A stretch of 64,000 nucleotides of DNA from the human T2T-CHM13v2.0 reference genome, Homo sapiens (GCF_009914755.1 NC_060947.1), one strand, 5' to 3'. Shown: positions 1-14,980, counted from the first letter of the stretch. The notes: generated by a model from the letters alone, not told the origin. Numbers and translations: made by a program.

Positions 1-166
1 ACTTTTAAACAACCAGATATCATGAGAAGTCATTCACTATCACAAGAACAGCAAGGAGGAAATCTGTCCCCAAGATCCAATCATTTCCCACCAGGCCCCT
101 CCTCCAACATTGGGGATTACAATTCGACATGAGATTTGGGTGGGGACACAAACCCAAACCATATTA
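1..166 (-). mobile_element. MaLR LTR (MST/THE1-like), cut by window edge
   Basis: ...gagatttgggtggggacacaaacccaaaccatatta is the reverse complement of the MST LTR start (TGATATGGTTTGG-like). Confidence 0.85.
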
Positions 167-330
167 GGGGAGCACCTTTCTCAAAGGGAAATTCATCCCC
201 CTGCTTTTAGGCAGATAAGGGGAAGGCAGAGAACTGTTTCTACATCTGTTGGTTCTCAATTTCCTGCAGGTCAAAATAATCCTTCTGCCAAAGTGTCACA
301 TTTTGGGGTGTCATATTCTGATCTTCTTCA
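167..330 (-). mobile_element. ERV1 LTR fragment (MER34-like), apparently interrupted by the MST LTR
   Basis: Reverse complement reads tgaagaagatcagaatatgacaccccaaaatgtgacactttggcagaaggattattttga, like the MER34-family LTR 5' end. Confidence 0.6.
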
Positions 331-879
331 AGGGTCAAAGCAAGAAAGGAATGAAAGGGTGGTAACATGTGGTAACAGACAGGACTTGTCAGTGCTTCCT
401 GGGAATCACAGTGGGGGCAGATAAGTGGAGACTATAGGGAAGAAAAACCTGTAAACATTTTCTACATCTAGGAGACCAAATTGACAGGACTGGGTGAAAT
501 TCTGATGTGGCTAAGCAGAGAAAGAGGGCCAAGCTCTCTGGTTTGAGTTATTTGCAGTTTCCTCAATGGAGGTGGAGCAATACTGGGATCTATAGCCCAA
601 AGTTCCAGAAGAAAGTGTGCTGGGTGTAAAGAGGGACTACGCGTAGCTCAGCATGAGTGTTGGCAACCAGAGGCCAAAATTCCATCCAGGGTGTGGGTCA
701 AGAATTGTTGTGAGTTCCAGGGGTGCAGCATGGAGGCATGGCTTCTTATGCATCTCACATGACAGGATAATCTCTTTTTCCTCAATATTTTCAATCCTTT
801 CTATAGGACCCTGCCCCCCACCCAATATTCAGATATGGCCAAAGAGCTCCCACCTTTAAGACAAAATGGCTTTCCTTTG

Positions 880-1170
880 ACCTCATATCCTTCTCCAGCT
901 CCTTCCTTCACCATATCTCTCCAGACTCTGCAGTAGAACTTTTCTAAACAGTTGTCTTTAGCTGCTGTCTCCAATTCCTCATCTCCCCACACACTTCTTA
1001 CAGTCCACTCCCATGTGGTTTCTGTTCCAATCACTACACCAACACTTTTCTTCTGTGTTGCTAACACCAATGTATACTTTTCTGTCTCTATATTATTTGA
1101 CATCTCAGCAGGACATGACACGTTTGACTACTCTCTTGAAGCACTCTCATATTTTGGCTTCTGTGATAGC
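880..1170 (+). mobile_element. L2 fragment
   Basis: ttgacatctcagcagg...actctcttgaagcactctc...ggcttctgtga resembles degenerate L2. Boundaries approximate. Confidence 0.5.
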
Positions 1171-1429
1171 ACAAATTTAGCTAGTATTGGGTGCTTGAGG
1201 GAATTTGGTTTGGATCAACATATGTGACAAAACTCTTACTCTGATCCCTATACAAATGCCTGTAAAAAAATAATGTGAGCAGCAGACCAAAATTGAGGCC
1301 ACATTGAAACCTTCTGTACCCAATGGCCTTCTGTACCCAATCTCTTAAGTATCTTGACCTAAAGGGAGGTCAGAAAACAATAGCCATTTTCAGTGCCACG
1401 ACATCCATGAATGTCCATGGTCATAAATG

Positions 1430-1645
1430 AATACTTACTATGCGCCAGACACTATTCTAATCACTTTATATGCAATGACTAAATTAAAACTCACTGCAAG
1501 ATTGCAGGCAAAGGGAAATAATATCACTGTTATTCCATTTTATAGTTGGAAAGACTGACAAATACGGCTGGTAAGTACAGAGCTGGGCTTAAAAATCTAA
1601 ATAGTCTGACTGCAAAGTTCACACTCTTAACCACCATGCTATAGT
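1430..1645 (-). mobile_element. MIR
   Basis: tactatgcgccagacactattctaatcacttta...ccattttatagttggaaagactga...cttaaccaccatgcta, typical of a reverse-oriented MIR. Confidence 0.6.
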
Positions 1646-1776
1646 ATAAGAATGTCAAGGTTATTGTGAAACCACCGCACCCATCCATGACTTGTTACCC
1701 TGTCCAAGGTCAGCACTGACCAGAGAGTCAATTACTTATGCAACAAGACTACAGATGATTTTTCAAAATTAACTTT

Positions 1777-1782
1777 TTTATT
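1777..1782 (-). terminator. Polyadenylation signal AATAAA (distal CHRDL1 site)
   Basis: tttatt on the + strand. Downstream on the - strand is ctgtagtcttgttg (GU-rich element); the upstream context is AU-rich. Confidence 0.8.
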
Positions 1783-2356
1783 AATTTAAAAATCCAGAAA
1801 TACAGTGACTACATAAATAAGTACCATAATTAGGTACATGTCCTGTGAGAACAGTGAAAGGGTAATACTGTTATGTTACTCTTACTTGTTTACATGAGTT
1901 AACTAGAAAATGGCTACAACTGCTAAATGATGCTTATGGTCTTTGTTGTTCCAAGTGTTTATGATACAAATAAATACACAAGAAGAACCACATCCATTCT
2001 TCTCTACTAACTACAGGCAGCTTGGCCTCTTTACCCTATGTCCTATTCTCTACACAACACCAAACACTGGAGGGTTTCTACTTTGACTTAACACAGCTCC
2101 CCAGCTCCTGCTTCCCACAGCATTTTGCAAAGGTGTGTCCCAGCACCTGGAGGCAGGAGTATATCTAGGGAAACTCTCTGCGTGTTCTCTTAAGGCTAAG
2201 CTTTCAGAGAACACCTGGGTGGGAAGGCTTTGGGATGAATCATCCAGAAGGAGAAACACCTCTTTGCCTTAGGATCTAGTTACTAGTCTCCACATTATGG
2301 AATCACTGCCACCTCTGGGACGGAGGGAGCAGCCGCATAACACCTTCCCCCCTTTA

Positions 2357-2357
<1 letters not shown>

Positions 2358-2407
<50 letters not shown>
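2358..2407. repeat. (CA)25 microsatellite in 3' UTR (UG repeat in mRNA)
   Basis: Seen directly. Confidence 0.98.
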
Positions 2408-2412
<5 letters not shown>

Positions 2413-3574
2413 ATGCTTTGTGACCTCTCAACCGGGATGTACTGCTTCTCTCTTCCAAGGAGAACGTGTGTGATGTGCTGGTGAGAGTCTTGTCCCAAGA
2501 AACCCTGGCCATAAGGCCCTTGTGTCTCTTTCATAAGAATTGACTCCTTTATGCCAGGTTGTCATAAAGACTGAACATTTTACATTTTCCCCTATTGGTA
2601 TCAAACCCTCTTAGGAAAGAATTCTCTCACCTATAGTCATGGAATGAGACATATGGGGTTTCTGGGTCCTTAAAACATTTCTACAGTTCATTCCTGCCCC
2701 TCAGAGGGAACAAATCTAGAAGGCATGCCTGAGATCCTTGCTGTGAAGAATTAGGTCTTCCCACAAAGATGATTTCTAAAGCCAGACCCCAGAATGGATA
2801 GTTTATGCTCTGGTATTGGGCTGCAAGTAGACATTTTAGGAGCAGCCTTCTCTGGAATTCTTGACTAAAATATCTGCTTGATGAATAAGACAAGGATAGT
2901 AGGAAGGTTTAGGATAAAGATCTTCATCAGAATATCCACCTCCCTAAATGAACAACAATTTTCTTAACTGAAGAGTCAACATGCAGATGCTCATGAGGAC
3001 CGAGCCACTTTGCAAAGTAAAAATCAACTCCTATAATTGGAGAAGAAGGAAAACTTCCCTTTTAAAGAGCTTCTAGAATTTACTAATTTAATATAATTTT
3101 TCTGACCAGACAACTATGGTCTCAAAAATATTAGTGAGTACTGATCTATTACTTGGTAAATTTTATTGATGTGAAAGCAAAAAGATGGCCTTTTTGAATT
3201 CTATCAACTTCTTTCTTCAACAATTATTTTTTCTTACATGGATTCAGTTTCTGATGATTTTACTCAATTTAACTTCTTTCTGGAAGTCCCATAGGTACAG
3301 GGGGAAAAGAAAAGTGGTATCATTAGGGAAAAATTATTACCACTTCTAAGTGAATGAATGAGGCTATGAAAGTGTTTTTATTCTTTACCCTGACTCTATT
3401 GTTGGTGACTTAAACAGCCACAAAGACCTAAGGGCAGAGCCTCTTGTTCACAGTTATTTACTCTCCTGGGCACAAAAACTTCCAAGCTACTTGGGATCCA
3501 GTCAAGGGAAAAGTAACGTAGAATCTTGGCTAGCTTTGCTTCAAATAAAGCTTTCGTTTAATGTGAGTGTGGAC

Positions 3575-3578
<4 letters not shown>

Positions 3579-3609
<31 letters not shown>

Positions 3610-3680
3610 TGTGAGAGAGGGAGGGAGAGAGAGAGAGAGAGAGAAGGAGGGAGGGAGGGAGTGAGGAGGGAGGATGGGGA
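3579..3680. repeat. Compound (GT)n-(GA)n/GGGA repeat in 3' UTR
   Basis: (GT)15 at 3579-3608 followed by a purine-rich GA/GGGA tract. Confidence 0.95.
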
Positions 3681-4128
3681 GCTAATTTTTTTAAAAGAAC
3701 ACATGACATTCTAAAATTCAAAGGTATAATTTCATACAAGTAATTGTTCTATACTGCAGAACTCCTACTAAGCAATTCCCTTCTCTTTCTTTCACTTGAA
3801 TAACTTTCTAGATAAAAACCCTGGGGTCTTGTTTGTCTTTAACCTGTAAAGAAATGTGATTCTCCAAGAAACTAGAGCAGTGTTGTGATGTTCTATCCCT
3901 CCTCCTCCCACATATAATTTAAGACTCTTCTAGTCTCTTTGGAGGAGATGTTCAAGGGCTGACACACCACTCCACACAAAGGAGCAAATTATGCTGTGCA
4001 TGGCGTGAATAATTGACTGCATTTGAGTTTGGAGTTTTAGGGCACTGTTGACTTAAGCAAAATAAGCCTGCAGTCCAGCTGCAGCTTGAGTTTTCTTGCT
4101 TTACCCTATCCAATACTGTCTGTCTTGC

Positions 4129-4259
4129 CTAACAGTGGCCCTTTTCAGATCTCTCCAGGTACAAAACCTTGACTAAATCTTCAAGCTCTGTTCTGCATAC
4201 ACGACTTGAACACATCTGGCTGATCTGAGCTTCTCCTTCGGTGAAGATCTTCCACTGGC
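4129..4259 (-). CDS. CHRDL1: CHRDL1 last coding exon (probably exon 12), coding part including TAG stop
   Basis: Encodes (S)[42 protein letters not shown]. Acceptor ccttttag|GC, TAG at 4129-4131. Confidence 0.97.
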
Positions 4260-7228
4260 CTAAAAGGCAAACAAACGCAAAGTGGCCGGGAGTGTGTAAG
4301 AGGAAAGCAGAGCAAATTAGGAATAGAACCAATATACCCCATGCTTACCCACTTACTCATGGACCTACCAGGGAATTTGGAATACAAATATCACTTGGTT
4401 TCAAAAAATGGCCCCAAAACACTTTTCTAGTAGCAGATATGGAAAATGGGAAATGAAGTTTTCATTTCAACACATAGCATTTGTAAGAATCCCAAGAATA
4501 ATATAGAACTGCCCCTCCTCAAGAGCAAAACCTAAGTGTTATTCTTGGAATTTTTACAGTATATTTAGCATTTACAAAATGCTTCAATATCTGCTTGTTA
4601 GCTATTTAGGCAGCTTACTTGGCACCAGGTCAAAAAGGCACTTTGGAAAACGGCACCTACTGTATTACTGGGGCTTTGCTTACCCTTAGGGTCCCCAAAT
4701 ATTGGTTTGGGTTACTTGATTACTATTTGATTATATATCACTCTTTCCTCTATTCCTGCTATCTTTTGTTAAAAACTTCTCGACGTTGCTTTCTCCTACG
4801 TCCACATGCTGTCCTTATACCCCCTTAGCACCCTAAATCCCTTCCCATGGTTCCTCATCCATTCTCATATACCCCATGGAATCCCTTTCCACGCAGAGTA
4901 AACTTGGCTGTAGCCCTTCCATCCCCTGTTGTCTCTGCCCACCCTGGATACTGTGTTTTGTCTTCTTTTTATTCCTGTGCTCATGGTACTGCAACCTGGA
5001 GAACTCCTAGTCCAAGTTAAGCCAACTCCTCTTAAGCCCAAACCTGTCTTGAACCTCTTTTTCTTTTCCTTAGCCACAAGAGAATAATGACCCACCTTCC
5101 CTATGGGCCTGATTTCTCTGCTCCTTTCTCCCTTGGATTTCTCCCTTTTCCCCATTCTCTATGACTCAATGGGAAGATAGAAGGAAAAACAAAAAAACAA
5201 GAAGAGGATTTGGGCAAGGAACCAGCTATTACTGAAGCCCTATAATGTGCTGGGCTCTGCTAGGCACATTATATAAAAGAGTTGGGTTTGTTCTTCTTTG
5301 CTCCTAGGTGACCCTGTAGGATCATACCAACTTCTTTCAGCTACACACAGTTTGAGGCACATACCTTCTACTCCATTATATACCCCAAATCCTGCCATGG
5401 GCACAGAGTATATCTAAATCATCTTTTAAGTCCCCTGGAACCTAGAACAAAGCCTTGTTCACAGTATGAACTAAAACATGTAACTTCAGAAGTCCCATAA
5501 TTGATCCTAGGATCTTACACTCTGCCTCCTTTCTTACTCACATGTAAGGACTCCCAACTTTTCCATTTGAATTCTCATACTGTCCTGTTATTTTCTATGA
5601 GTCCTGCCAAAGACAAGCAACTGACTGCCTTGGCTCTTTTTCTAGCTGCCTATTGGACCCTAACTCTGCTCAGATGGCTCTTAAGCATATTAATTTAAAC
5701 ATGTTCCAAGTGAAACTCTTTTTCACCAATACCTGCTTATTCTTCACAGTTTCCCTGTTGGTGAATGGTATTACTATTCACCCAGTCGAGTTATTAATAT
5801 CGGACCCATTCCAAACTCGTTTCTCTCTTTGATGCTGATCTTGTTGATTTAACCTCAGAAATGTTTCTCACAGTGACGTCTCCTCCCGTCTCATTGATTT
5901 AATATAGTATAATTAGTTCCTAATTCAGACTATCCCACTTCTCTTAATAAGGGTCCACCTTTCACTCCACACAGCGAGGACCTCTTTCTAAAAAAATAAA
6001 AAAATAAATAAAGCAGATCTGAATGCACCATTCACTTGCTTAAAAACCTCCACTGGCATTCTCTGGCCTGGAGATCAAGTCCAATGTCCTAGCATGATAA
6101 ATTGGGCACTTCATAATCTGGCTTCGTCAAAGTGTGTGCTTAATGTAATATATGCATCTGATAGCCGAAAGACATCTTTCCAAAGCACCATGTTGATATC
6201 TCTATGCTATTTGCAGCAACTACAGATGCTACTTGCCTTACATTTGAACATTTTACTGGCTTTTTTTCAGGCCCTATGACTACTTTCTACCTCCAAATCT
6301 TCTAATCTTTTAGTGCACCTTCTGTGGCCTTTGTGATCATTCCTCTCCCCTACCCACATTTCCTGTTTGCTCCTGTCTGAGTCTTCTCTTAGGCTGCACT
6401 CTTTTCCTGGACTGATTTCCTGACCCATTGCCCAGTCATACCCTTCTCTTTCAAAACACACCTCCTCCCCGAAGCCTTCCCCGACTAAGCCCACCTGGCT
6501 CTCATCTCATTGTTCTTTGCAGATTCCCCTGAGCACTTTGATATTTAACTCCTCAGAACTATACTAATTCATACTGAAGTCATTTTCATGTTCTGTCTCA
6601 TCCATTATAATTCCCTGTGGATAGAAACTGTGTGCCTTTTATCCCATTAGAAGTGCTCAACACCCGCCCCAATGCCTAGAAGTATCTTAGTCCCTAGGCT
6701 CCATCTAGTGTGGAAAGTGGGAGAGCTGCAAGTGTTTTTGAGTGCCTGAATGCTTTTAAGGAAACATGACCACCCAGGGGCAGTTCCCCAGGAGTAAAAG
6801 TGCTTTCATATAACACAGGAATTGATATGCCTTTAATTTCTCTTTGCCTCTCATACCCACCACCAGAGGATACACCCTTCCAGATGTGAAGTCTCCATAA
6901 ATATACCAGACCTGGAATCTTATGAGCTTTCTCCAACCCTCTTGAGACTCTGTGCTTAGCAGTTTCATTAAAGACATTCAGGAAGCCTTGACCTGAGGTA
7001 TCCTATGCTCAGACTACATCTGGGTTTGTATTCACCATGTCCAAGCTCTTCAGATTACATTCAGACACCCCATTCACTGCTAAGTCACCCAGAAGAGAGA
7101 TGGAACATCCTTTAGTGTTGATACTGAGCAGTGCTAATGTTCACTGAGATTGCGGAGGGACTTTAGCTGTGGCTATGCTAAATTGAAAACTGAATGTGTT
7201 TTTCAGGGAGCAGTCAAGAGAAGTACTA

Positions 7229-7375
<147 letters not shown>

Positions 7376-8954
7376 TCAACTCCTTTTTTTCTGCTCAGGC
7401 TCAGCATATCATTTCATTACTAGGGCTTAAGAGTATCGAGTTGGGCTGTGTAATGTGCTTAACCAGGAACTTGGATGGCTCAAGGGTTATAATTGACTCC
7501 ATTTGTTTCCTTGGCTTACTGGCTTCCCCTCGGCTTCTCCAGTGGATGGAGATAAGGGAGATAGTGCTGCTGACCATGGGACTCTCTCCTAGGGAAAGCC
7601 ACATGGAATCTAGCATAAGTGCTTACTGGAGCTTCTGCAGCCATAGGCAGTATTAGAAATTCTGCACTTGCCCCCAACCTGGATAGACTGTGTCCATGCC
7701 AAACCGCTGGGCTGCCCTCCTGGCTAAGCACTGAGAGCCTGCAGTGGGATTGCAGGCAGGTTGGTTTTGTAAATGGAGAAGCCACCCTTGTTCTTGAACT
7801 CACTGAAAAGCATATTTTCCTTTGGGAAATATTCACAGATCCTTTAGCCTTCCTTATTCATAAATGGGGAGAGTTAAAATAGAGTGCTCTCCACAGTCTC
7901 AACCTTGCCTGAATAGCTTTTATCACAATAACAGGTAGACAACTGACAACTGCCTTATACTGAAGGAGCAACATATTACCAGCCCACTTAAATGGGCGAA
8001 GTAGATTAAGCCTCTTTTTCTGTGTCCACCAAGCATAGACCTTGATAACCCAGAACTGTGAACAAGAGGATATTTAGACGCTACATTAGCAAGTTGAAAT
8101 TCATCTGCACACCTCTGAGAGGCGAAAGATGTGGGATGACGAATAGTGGGCCCACTGCTGGGGAAACGCAACAAACCAGTGCCTAGTCCTAGGTGTCCTG
8201 TTATGGATGAGCTAGGGAGTTAAAGATGGCAAATCAACACTCCAAGGCATAGACCAAAAATAAGCATGAGTGAATATATACATGTTCAAGCATCTTTTTT
8301 TTAGGGAGAAATGCATTCTTTAGATAAAGGCTGTTGTCTAAAGGGAGAGAAAAAAAGCCTCATAAATACTGAGCAGTCTTTTTCAAAGCATGGTCCAAGT
8401 GCCACCTGCATTAGAATCATCTGGCTATTTGTTAAACACTCAAATGTTTGGACTCTACCCAAGGTCTACTGAATTCCTATCTCTGGGATGGGGCCAGGTA
8501 TCTGCATTTAAAACCAGCTCCCTGTGTAATGGTGATGCATACAGAAGTTCGAGTACTCTTGAGCCTTATGTGAGAGCCAATAGCAAAAAGATGTGTATAT
8601 TTTCCAGCTGAAATCTCACTTATCCACTTGGATTGTGAGGAACCTTGACCACACTAAATAAGCACTAGTCTTGAGCCTACAAAAAGTTAGAAGAGCTGTA
8701 GGATCACAATGAACAGAATGTGGCTTGCTGTGGTAGTCACTGTGAGTAATCAGAAAAGGAATTGAACATTGTGACTGGGGTTTCTCCAGTAAGACTATAA
8801 CCTTCTTGAGGGCAGGGATGATGTTTTAAATTTGTTTTACCCCAGAAGACACATCGTGATATTAGGGACTTAGCTTTGCCCTGAATGAATGGGTTTTCAT
8901 GGTTGTTGAGCTTTATTCTGGAAAGAATGACAGACTACAGTTTGACAGTTTGTA

Positions 8955-9130
8955 ATCCTGGCTACATATTACAATCACCTGAGAAGCATTATGAACAAAC
9001 ACTGATGCCCATGCCCCACTCCAGACCAACTAATCAGAATCTCTGGGGGTAGGGCCCAGATATTTGGTATTTAAAGGAAACCAAAACTCTCCCTGATGAT
9101 TCTGATGGGCAGCCAGGGTTGAGAACCGCT
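8955..9130. mobile_element. MER5A-like hAT-Charlie relic
   Basis: aatcctggctacatattacaatcacctgagaagc...tcagaatctctgggggtagggccc...gattctgatgggcagccagggttgagaacc. Confidence 0.6.
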
Positions 9131-9347
9131 TCTCCAGCTTTTGGTGGTGTGAAATAGGCAGCTTTGGAAACCCAAGGGTCAGTACTTGATCTTTAGCACA
9201 GGCCATCGTTAAATTTGAAAGGCCATAATGACAATAGTGTTAGATATGTCAGTTTCTAAGCAATCAAAAAGAACTTTTAATCCAAATGAGGGAACAGGTT
9301 GAAGCAAAATTAAAGTGAGTCCTCTCATCCTTTTCTGTGCCCCCTTA

Positions 9348-9575
<228 letters not shown>

Positions 9576-11484
9576 TCATGGTTTTCTAAAGCTAGAAGTG
9601 AACTTCTGCATTTATGTATCTCATTGTTCATAACATCTCACACTTATCAAAAGTGGACAATTAACAAGAACATTCTTCGAGAGACAGAAATTCCACCCAT
9701 ACTTCATTAGCCCAGCTTAGGCTGCCACTGCAACAAGCCACAGATTAAGCCACAAATCACAAAGGAGCACGTAACTTTGATTGAAGTCCATGTGTTGACA
9801 GAATCCATAGTTCTTCGGAACACTAGACCCCTACTACTGTCACTGAGAAGTGGACTTTCATGAGGAAAAATGTAGCCAGGTACAAATCTCCTAGGCACTT
9901 AAGAGAACATAGGAATTTCCATACAGGGTCAGGATCATGCTCTGTCCAGCTCAGTGTTGCCAGGAGAGGCCCAGGGAATGGGCTGAAAAAGGGCCTTGGT
10001 TAACATCCCCTGACATCATTTTGGTATACTTAGAAAACATTCATGACACTCATTTATGTGCATATACTTGCCCAAAGGATCCATCCAAATTGGCTTGACA
10101 TTTCTGAATGCTCTTTGATTTGTTTGTAAGGGGAACAATAATACCGGATCAGCACCAGTGCCAAAATCTAGATGTCAGATTAGCCATATGTATGCTATGC
10201 CAAATGAATGGTTGGGAGACACAAAAAATTGGTCAAGTCCCTCAGCGATGGATCATTTAATGTGTAAACTAAACTGTTGAATTTCAGCTCGCAGGCATAA
10301 AGGCACAAGCTCTACATTTCACTCCACCCTCCCTCCTCTTTCCTCAGTCCCCTGTTTTAAAAAGTTTCTTCTTGTTGGTTATCAGTGAGTTAAGTTTGCT
10401 TGCTGGCCTTGTAATCAGTACTCTCTTGAACTGCGTACTTAAAGCATACACTCAAATCAGAACAACAGAAGCCATCTGTAAGAATATCTGAATTGTTGAG
10501 GATGAAACCACTGAGTGTTGAGTGCTTTGGATCTGTGACTCTAATTAGGGAGACTCACTGTTAGCCAATCAGACACATTTGGACTAGAAGTTGTAATCAA
10601 ATTGCTATTGTATGTCTCTTGGTAACCTGATTAGCTTTCCCACCCCCACCACCATTTGGCATTGTAAGGACAAAACCATAGTCTTCTCTTGATTCCAGAC
10701 TGAATTACTCAATTTGTGGATTATTGTGGAATCAAGCTTTTTGTTTTCCTCCTTTTGTCCTTCTTTTTAGCTATTTATTTACTTGGTGGGCCAGTCTTTT
10801 TGGTGATAGGTAATTAAGGGCCACGTGCTAGCACTTTTTAAATGGGTTGGAGAGAGGGAAGAGGTCACTGAGTGTACAGAGACTTCTGTGTATTCAATTA
10901 TCACCTTTAGAATGACAGCCAAATTCATTTCTCAAACTTTGCTCACCAGCTTAATATTGGCTACAGCTATAGCTGACATGAAATCCATGATGGCACTGGC
11001 AGTACCTGTAATATGCTAAAAGTTCTTCCAGTAGCCTGAAGAGTCATCTTGCACCACTACCTCCTTCCCTACAAGAGCTTAATTTACTTGACCGAAGGGA
11101 TCTACAAACAACAAAACTCATTATTGACTTAACTCTGGCTGGTACTTGAAAATGCTAAGAAAAGCAAAGTTTGTCTTTAGAACTACCTACTTAGCAACAT
11201 CCGCCGTTTTTCACACTCTGCACTTCAAGGTGCTTTCTGATCACTATAGTTCACCTACTCTCATTTTCTTTTGGGGAAGACAATGTGCTTGATGTCATTT
11301 CTGGCCATTTCCACAGCCCAAGAGAATGTTCCCATCCTGAGCCTTCCAGAATTCCTTGCAGAAGTGGTAATGAAGGAGAAGTATTATTCCAGCTGGGACA
11401 ACTTTTAAGTCTTAATAGGGACTTTTAATGCCATAACCTAAAAGGAGTATGTAATTATGGAAATTCAAGGTATTGGGATGGTAT

Positions 11485-11981
11485 TGTGGTTGTATGTACA
11501 GTAAATGCTCATGATAGCAATAACTTAAGTGTACCCTTAGAATGACCCTGTATGGCAGACGTATCTGAATGTGTGTTCTGAGCTTGGGAATCCAGGCGTG
11601 GCCAACTGGGAGATTATTTCCTTGTCTGTGAGGACCATCTGAACCCCAGGCTCATCCCTGGGGCTGCACAGGGGATAGAGGCCTTGAGTTTTGGGTTAGA
11701 TGAAGGTTGCCAGGTCGTTAAGGGGAGAGTGTTCAGTGAAAATGCTATATAAACTGCATGATGTTTGCAAGTGGTTGCAGTTTTCCTGCCCAACCTGCTG
11801 CCACTGGACTGTTTCTATATGTAAGGTGGTTCTCCTGTCCAGCCCACCTCCACTGGACTCTCTCCCCTGTATGTCAGCCCCTAATAAAACCCCATGTCTT
11901 GTTTGCTGGCTCTGGATCTTTTCTTCGGCCTCTTAAATCTGGTGCCTTCCCTACTGAGGTTAATAGGAGTTTGGCACGACA
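11485..11981 (+). mobile_element. Solo LTR (LTR32/ERVL-like)
   Basis: TG...CA ends, ~500 bp, TATATAAA at 11746-11753, AATAAA at 11883-11888. The motif gaatgaccctgtatggcagac is LTR32-like from memory. Confidence 0.7.
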
Positions 11982-12299
11982 GTGTGAGAAGTGAGTTGGG
12001 GAATCTTCAGGAAGTGGACATCTTACCCAACCCTGTAGGTGGCCATTGATATGCAAAGCAAGGTCAGCCTCTACCAGAGCAAAGGGAAGAGAGAGATGAA
12101 ACTCACATCTTTAATATTGGTCCTAGTTTGTTATTGTAGGAGGCTGCAATCACTTGTTACAATGAAACTTTTGGCTGGATTATCAGTGAATTTTATTTAT
12201 CTCTTTTCCCTTTTCAACATAACTGAATTTACCATTCTTTCTTCCTTCCATCTACTTCTCTCCTCACTGCCTTGTTCCTTTTCTTCTGTGTCATGTGTC

Positions 12300-12645
12300 A
12301 TTTTTTAAGAGGCCAGTAATGTCATGATCATCCCATTTCTCACCCCTTCACGTCATTCAGGACTCTATTCAAATATCTTTAGAGAAGCCTTCCCTGACTA
12401 CTCCTTTAAAAGTGCTTCCTGCCCCATTCACTCTCTCTTGATCCTGTTTGGTTTTTCTTCACAGCACTCATCACAATCTAAAATTACCTTATTGATTTGG
12501 GTTCACTGTCTTTCTTTTCTGCTAGAATGTAAAGAGCATGCTGGCAAGTAGCCTTTGTCTTGTTCACATCTCTGTCCTCAGTGCATGTAACCGTGTCTTG
12601 CACACAGTAGGTACTTAAAACAAATTTCCAGATTGAATGCATGAG
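12300..12645 (+). mobile_element. L2 3' end
   Basis: agagaagccttccctgacta...ctagaatgtaaagagcatg...gcacacagtaggtacttaaaacaaattt...gattgaatgcatga. Confidence 0.65.
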
Positions 12646-12959
12646 CAAGTGCATGCCTCCTGATGCTCTGCAGTTGCAGAGTACCTGGAGCAGGTGCCCT
12701 TGGCTATGTGGCTATTGACTCTCAGGCAATGTGACTAAGGAGTGATTCAACATGCAGACACCCATGTCTGGCTCACTGAGAGGCAGATACACAGAATGAG
12801 ACAGAAATTCTCTTCTTCCATGTTGCTCAATCAATCGTCTATCTCCACAAACTTGAGCAGAGTGGGAAAGTGGGAAAAGCAGCTCTTCCAGAAAAATCGG
12901 TTTAATCATTCAGACTTCAATATACTGCCAACTGGGATACTGGAGGGCAGTTTTTTACA

Positions 12960-13780
<821 letters not shown>

Positions 13781-13784
13781 CCAA

Positions 13785-14140
<356 letters not shown>

Positions 14141-14543
14141 TAAAAGCAATGACTGTTGTTTGTCTTGTTCTCACAGCTTTTTGATTATTTAATTTTTTAA
14201 TTGAATCATCTGCATCAATAAAATTTTAAGCACACAATGAAATAAGACTTGGTCTGAAGGCCTGAGATTCAAATTGGAATATTATACAATGAGAGGGTTT
14301 ATGTTATCATGGGTAATTTGTGTAAATATTAGTTTTTGTCTGAAATTATCTTGTTGCATTACTTTTTAAACTATTAAGTGTTAGACCCCTGACAGAAGAG
14401 AAAATTGTGTTCATGAAACTACCACTATGTGATACTAAAAGGTTTGAGGATCCAGTGAGACCACAGACTTGGAAGTCATAATAGGTCATTGTTGCTGGGT
14501 GGCCCGGATGTCCATATCATCCTTAGAATGTGCTCTCTCCATT

Positions 14544-14812
14544 GGCCGGATACAGTGGCTCACGCTTGTAATCCCAGCACTTTGGGAGGCTGAGGCGAGT
14601 GGGTCACTTGAGCTCAGGAGTTTGAATAGCTGGGTGTGGTGGTGCGTGCCTATAGTCCCAGCTACTCGGGAGGCTGAGGCGGGAGAATAACTTGAACCGG
14701 GAGGTGGAGGTTGCAAGGTTGCAGTGAGCCGAGATCATGCCACTGCACTCCAGCCTGGGCGACAGAGCTAGACTCTGTCTCAAAAAAACAAAAAATAAAA
14801 AAAAAAATAAAA
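14544..14812 (+). mobile_element. Alu with internal deletion
   Basis: ggccggatacagtggctcacg...poly(A). TSD agaatgtg(c/t)tctctc at 14525-14539 and 14813-14827. The left-arm end and linker are missing near 14626. Confidence 0.93.
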
Positions 14813-14980
14813 AGAATGTGTTCTCTCTGTATTCGTAATAAATACATTTTCTCATAAATTTCAATGCCCCAGTTCTCTACACCTTATCAAATAGCTCCTG
14901 TCCTTCCTGTCCACACGCTGCCCCCTGTGTACTCTGGAAGATGGGGGTTGTTACATTGAGGAAGATTTTGTGTCATAAAT

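Larger units (their letters stand above)
1755..4128 (-). other. CHRDL1: CHRDL1 3' UTR (~2.4 kb; distal end approximate)
   Basis: Runs from the stop codon to an AATAAA followed by a GU-rich element. No recognisable interspersed repeats, unlike the flanks. Confidence 0.8.

Noticed and set aside
1310-1341. 15-bp tandem duplication ccttctgtacccaat (a similar 14-bp case is at 54237-54273)
   Set aside because: Ordinary slippage-type microduplications with no sign of function.
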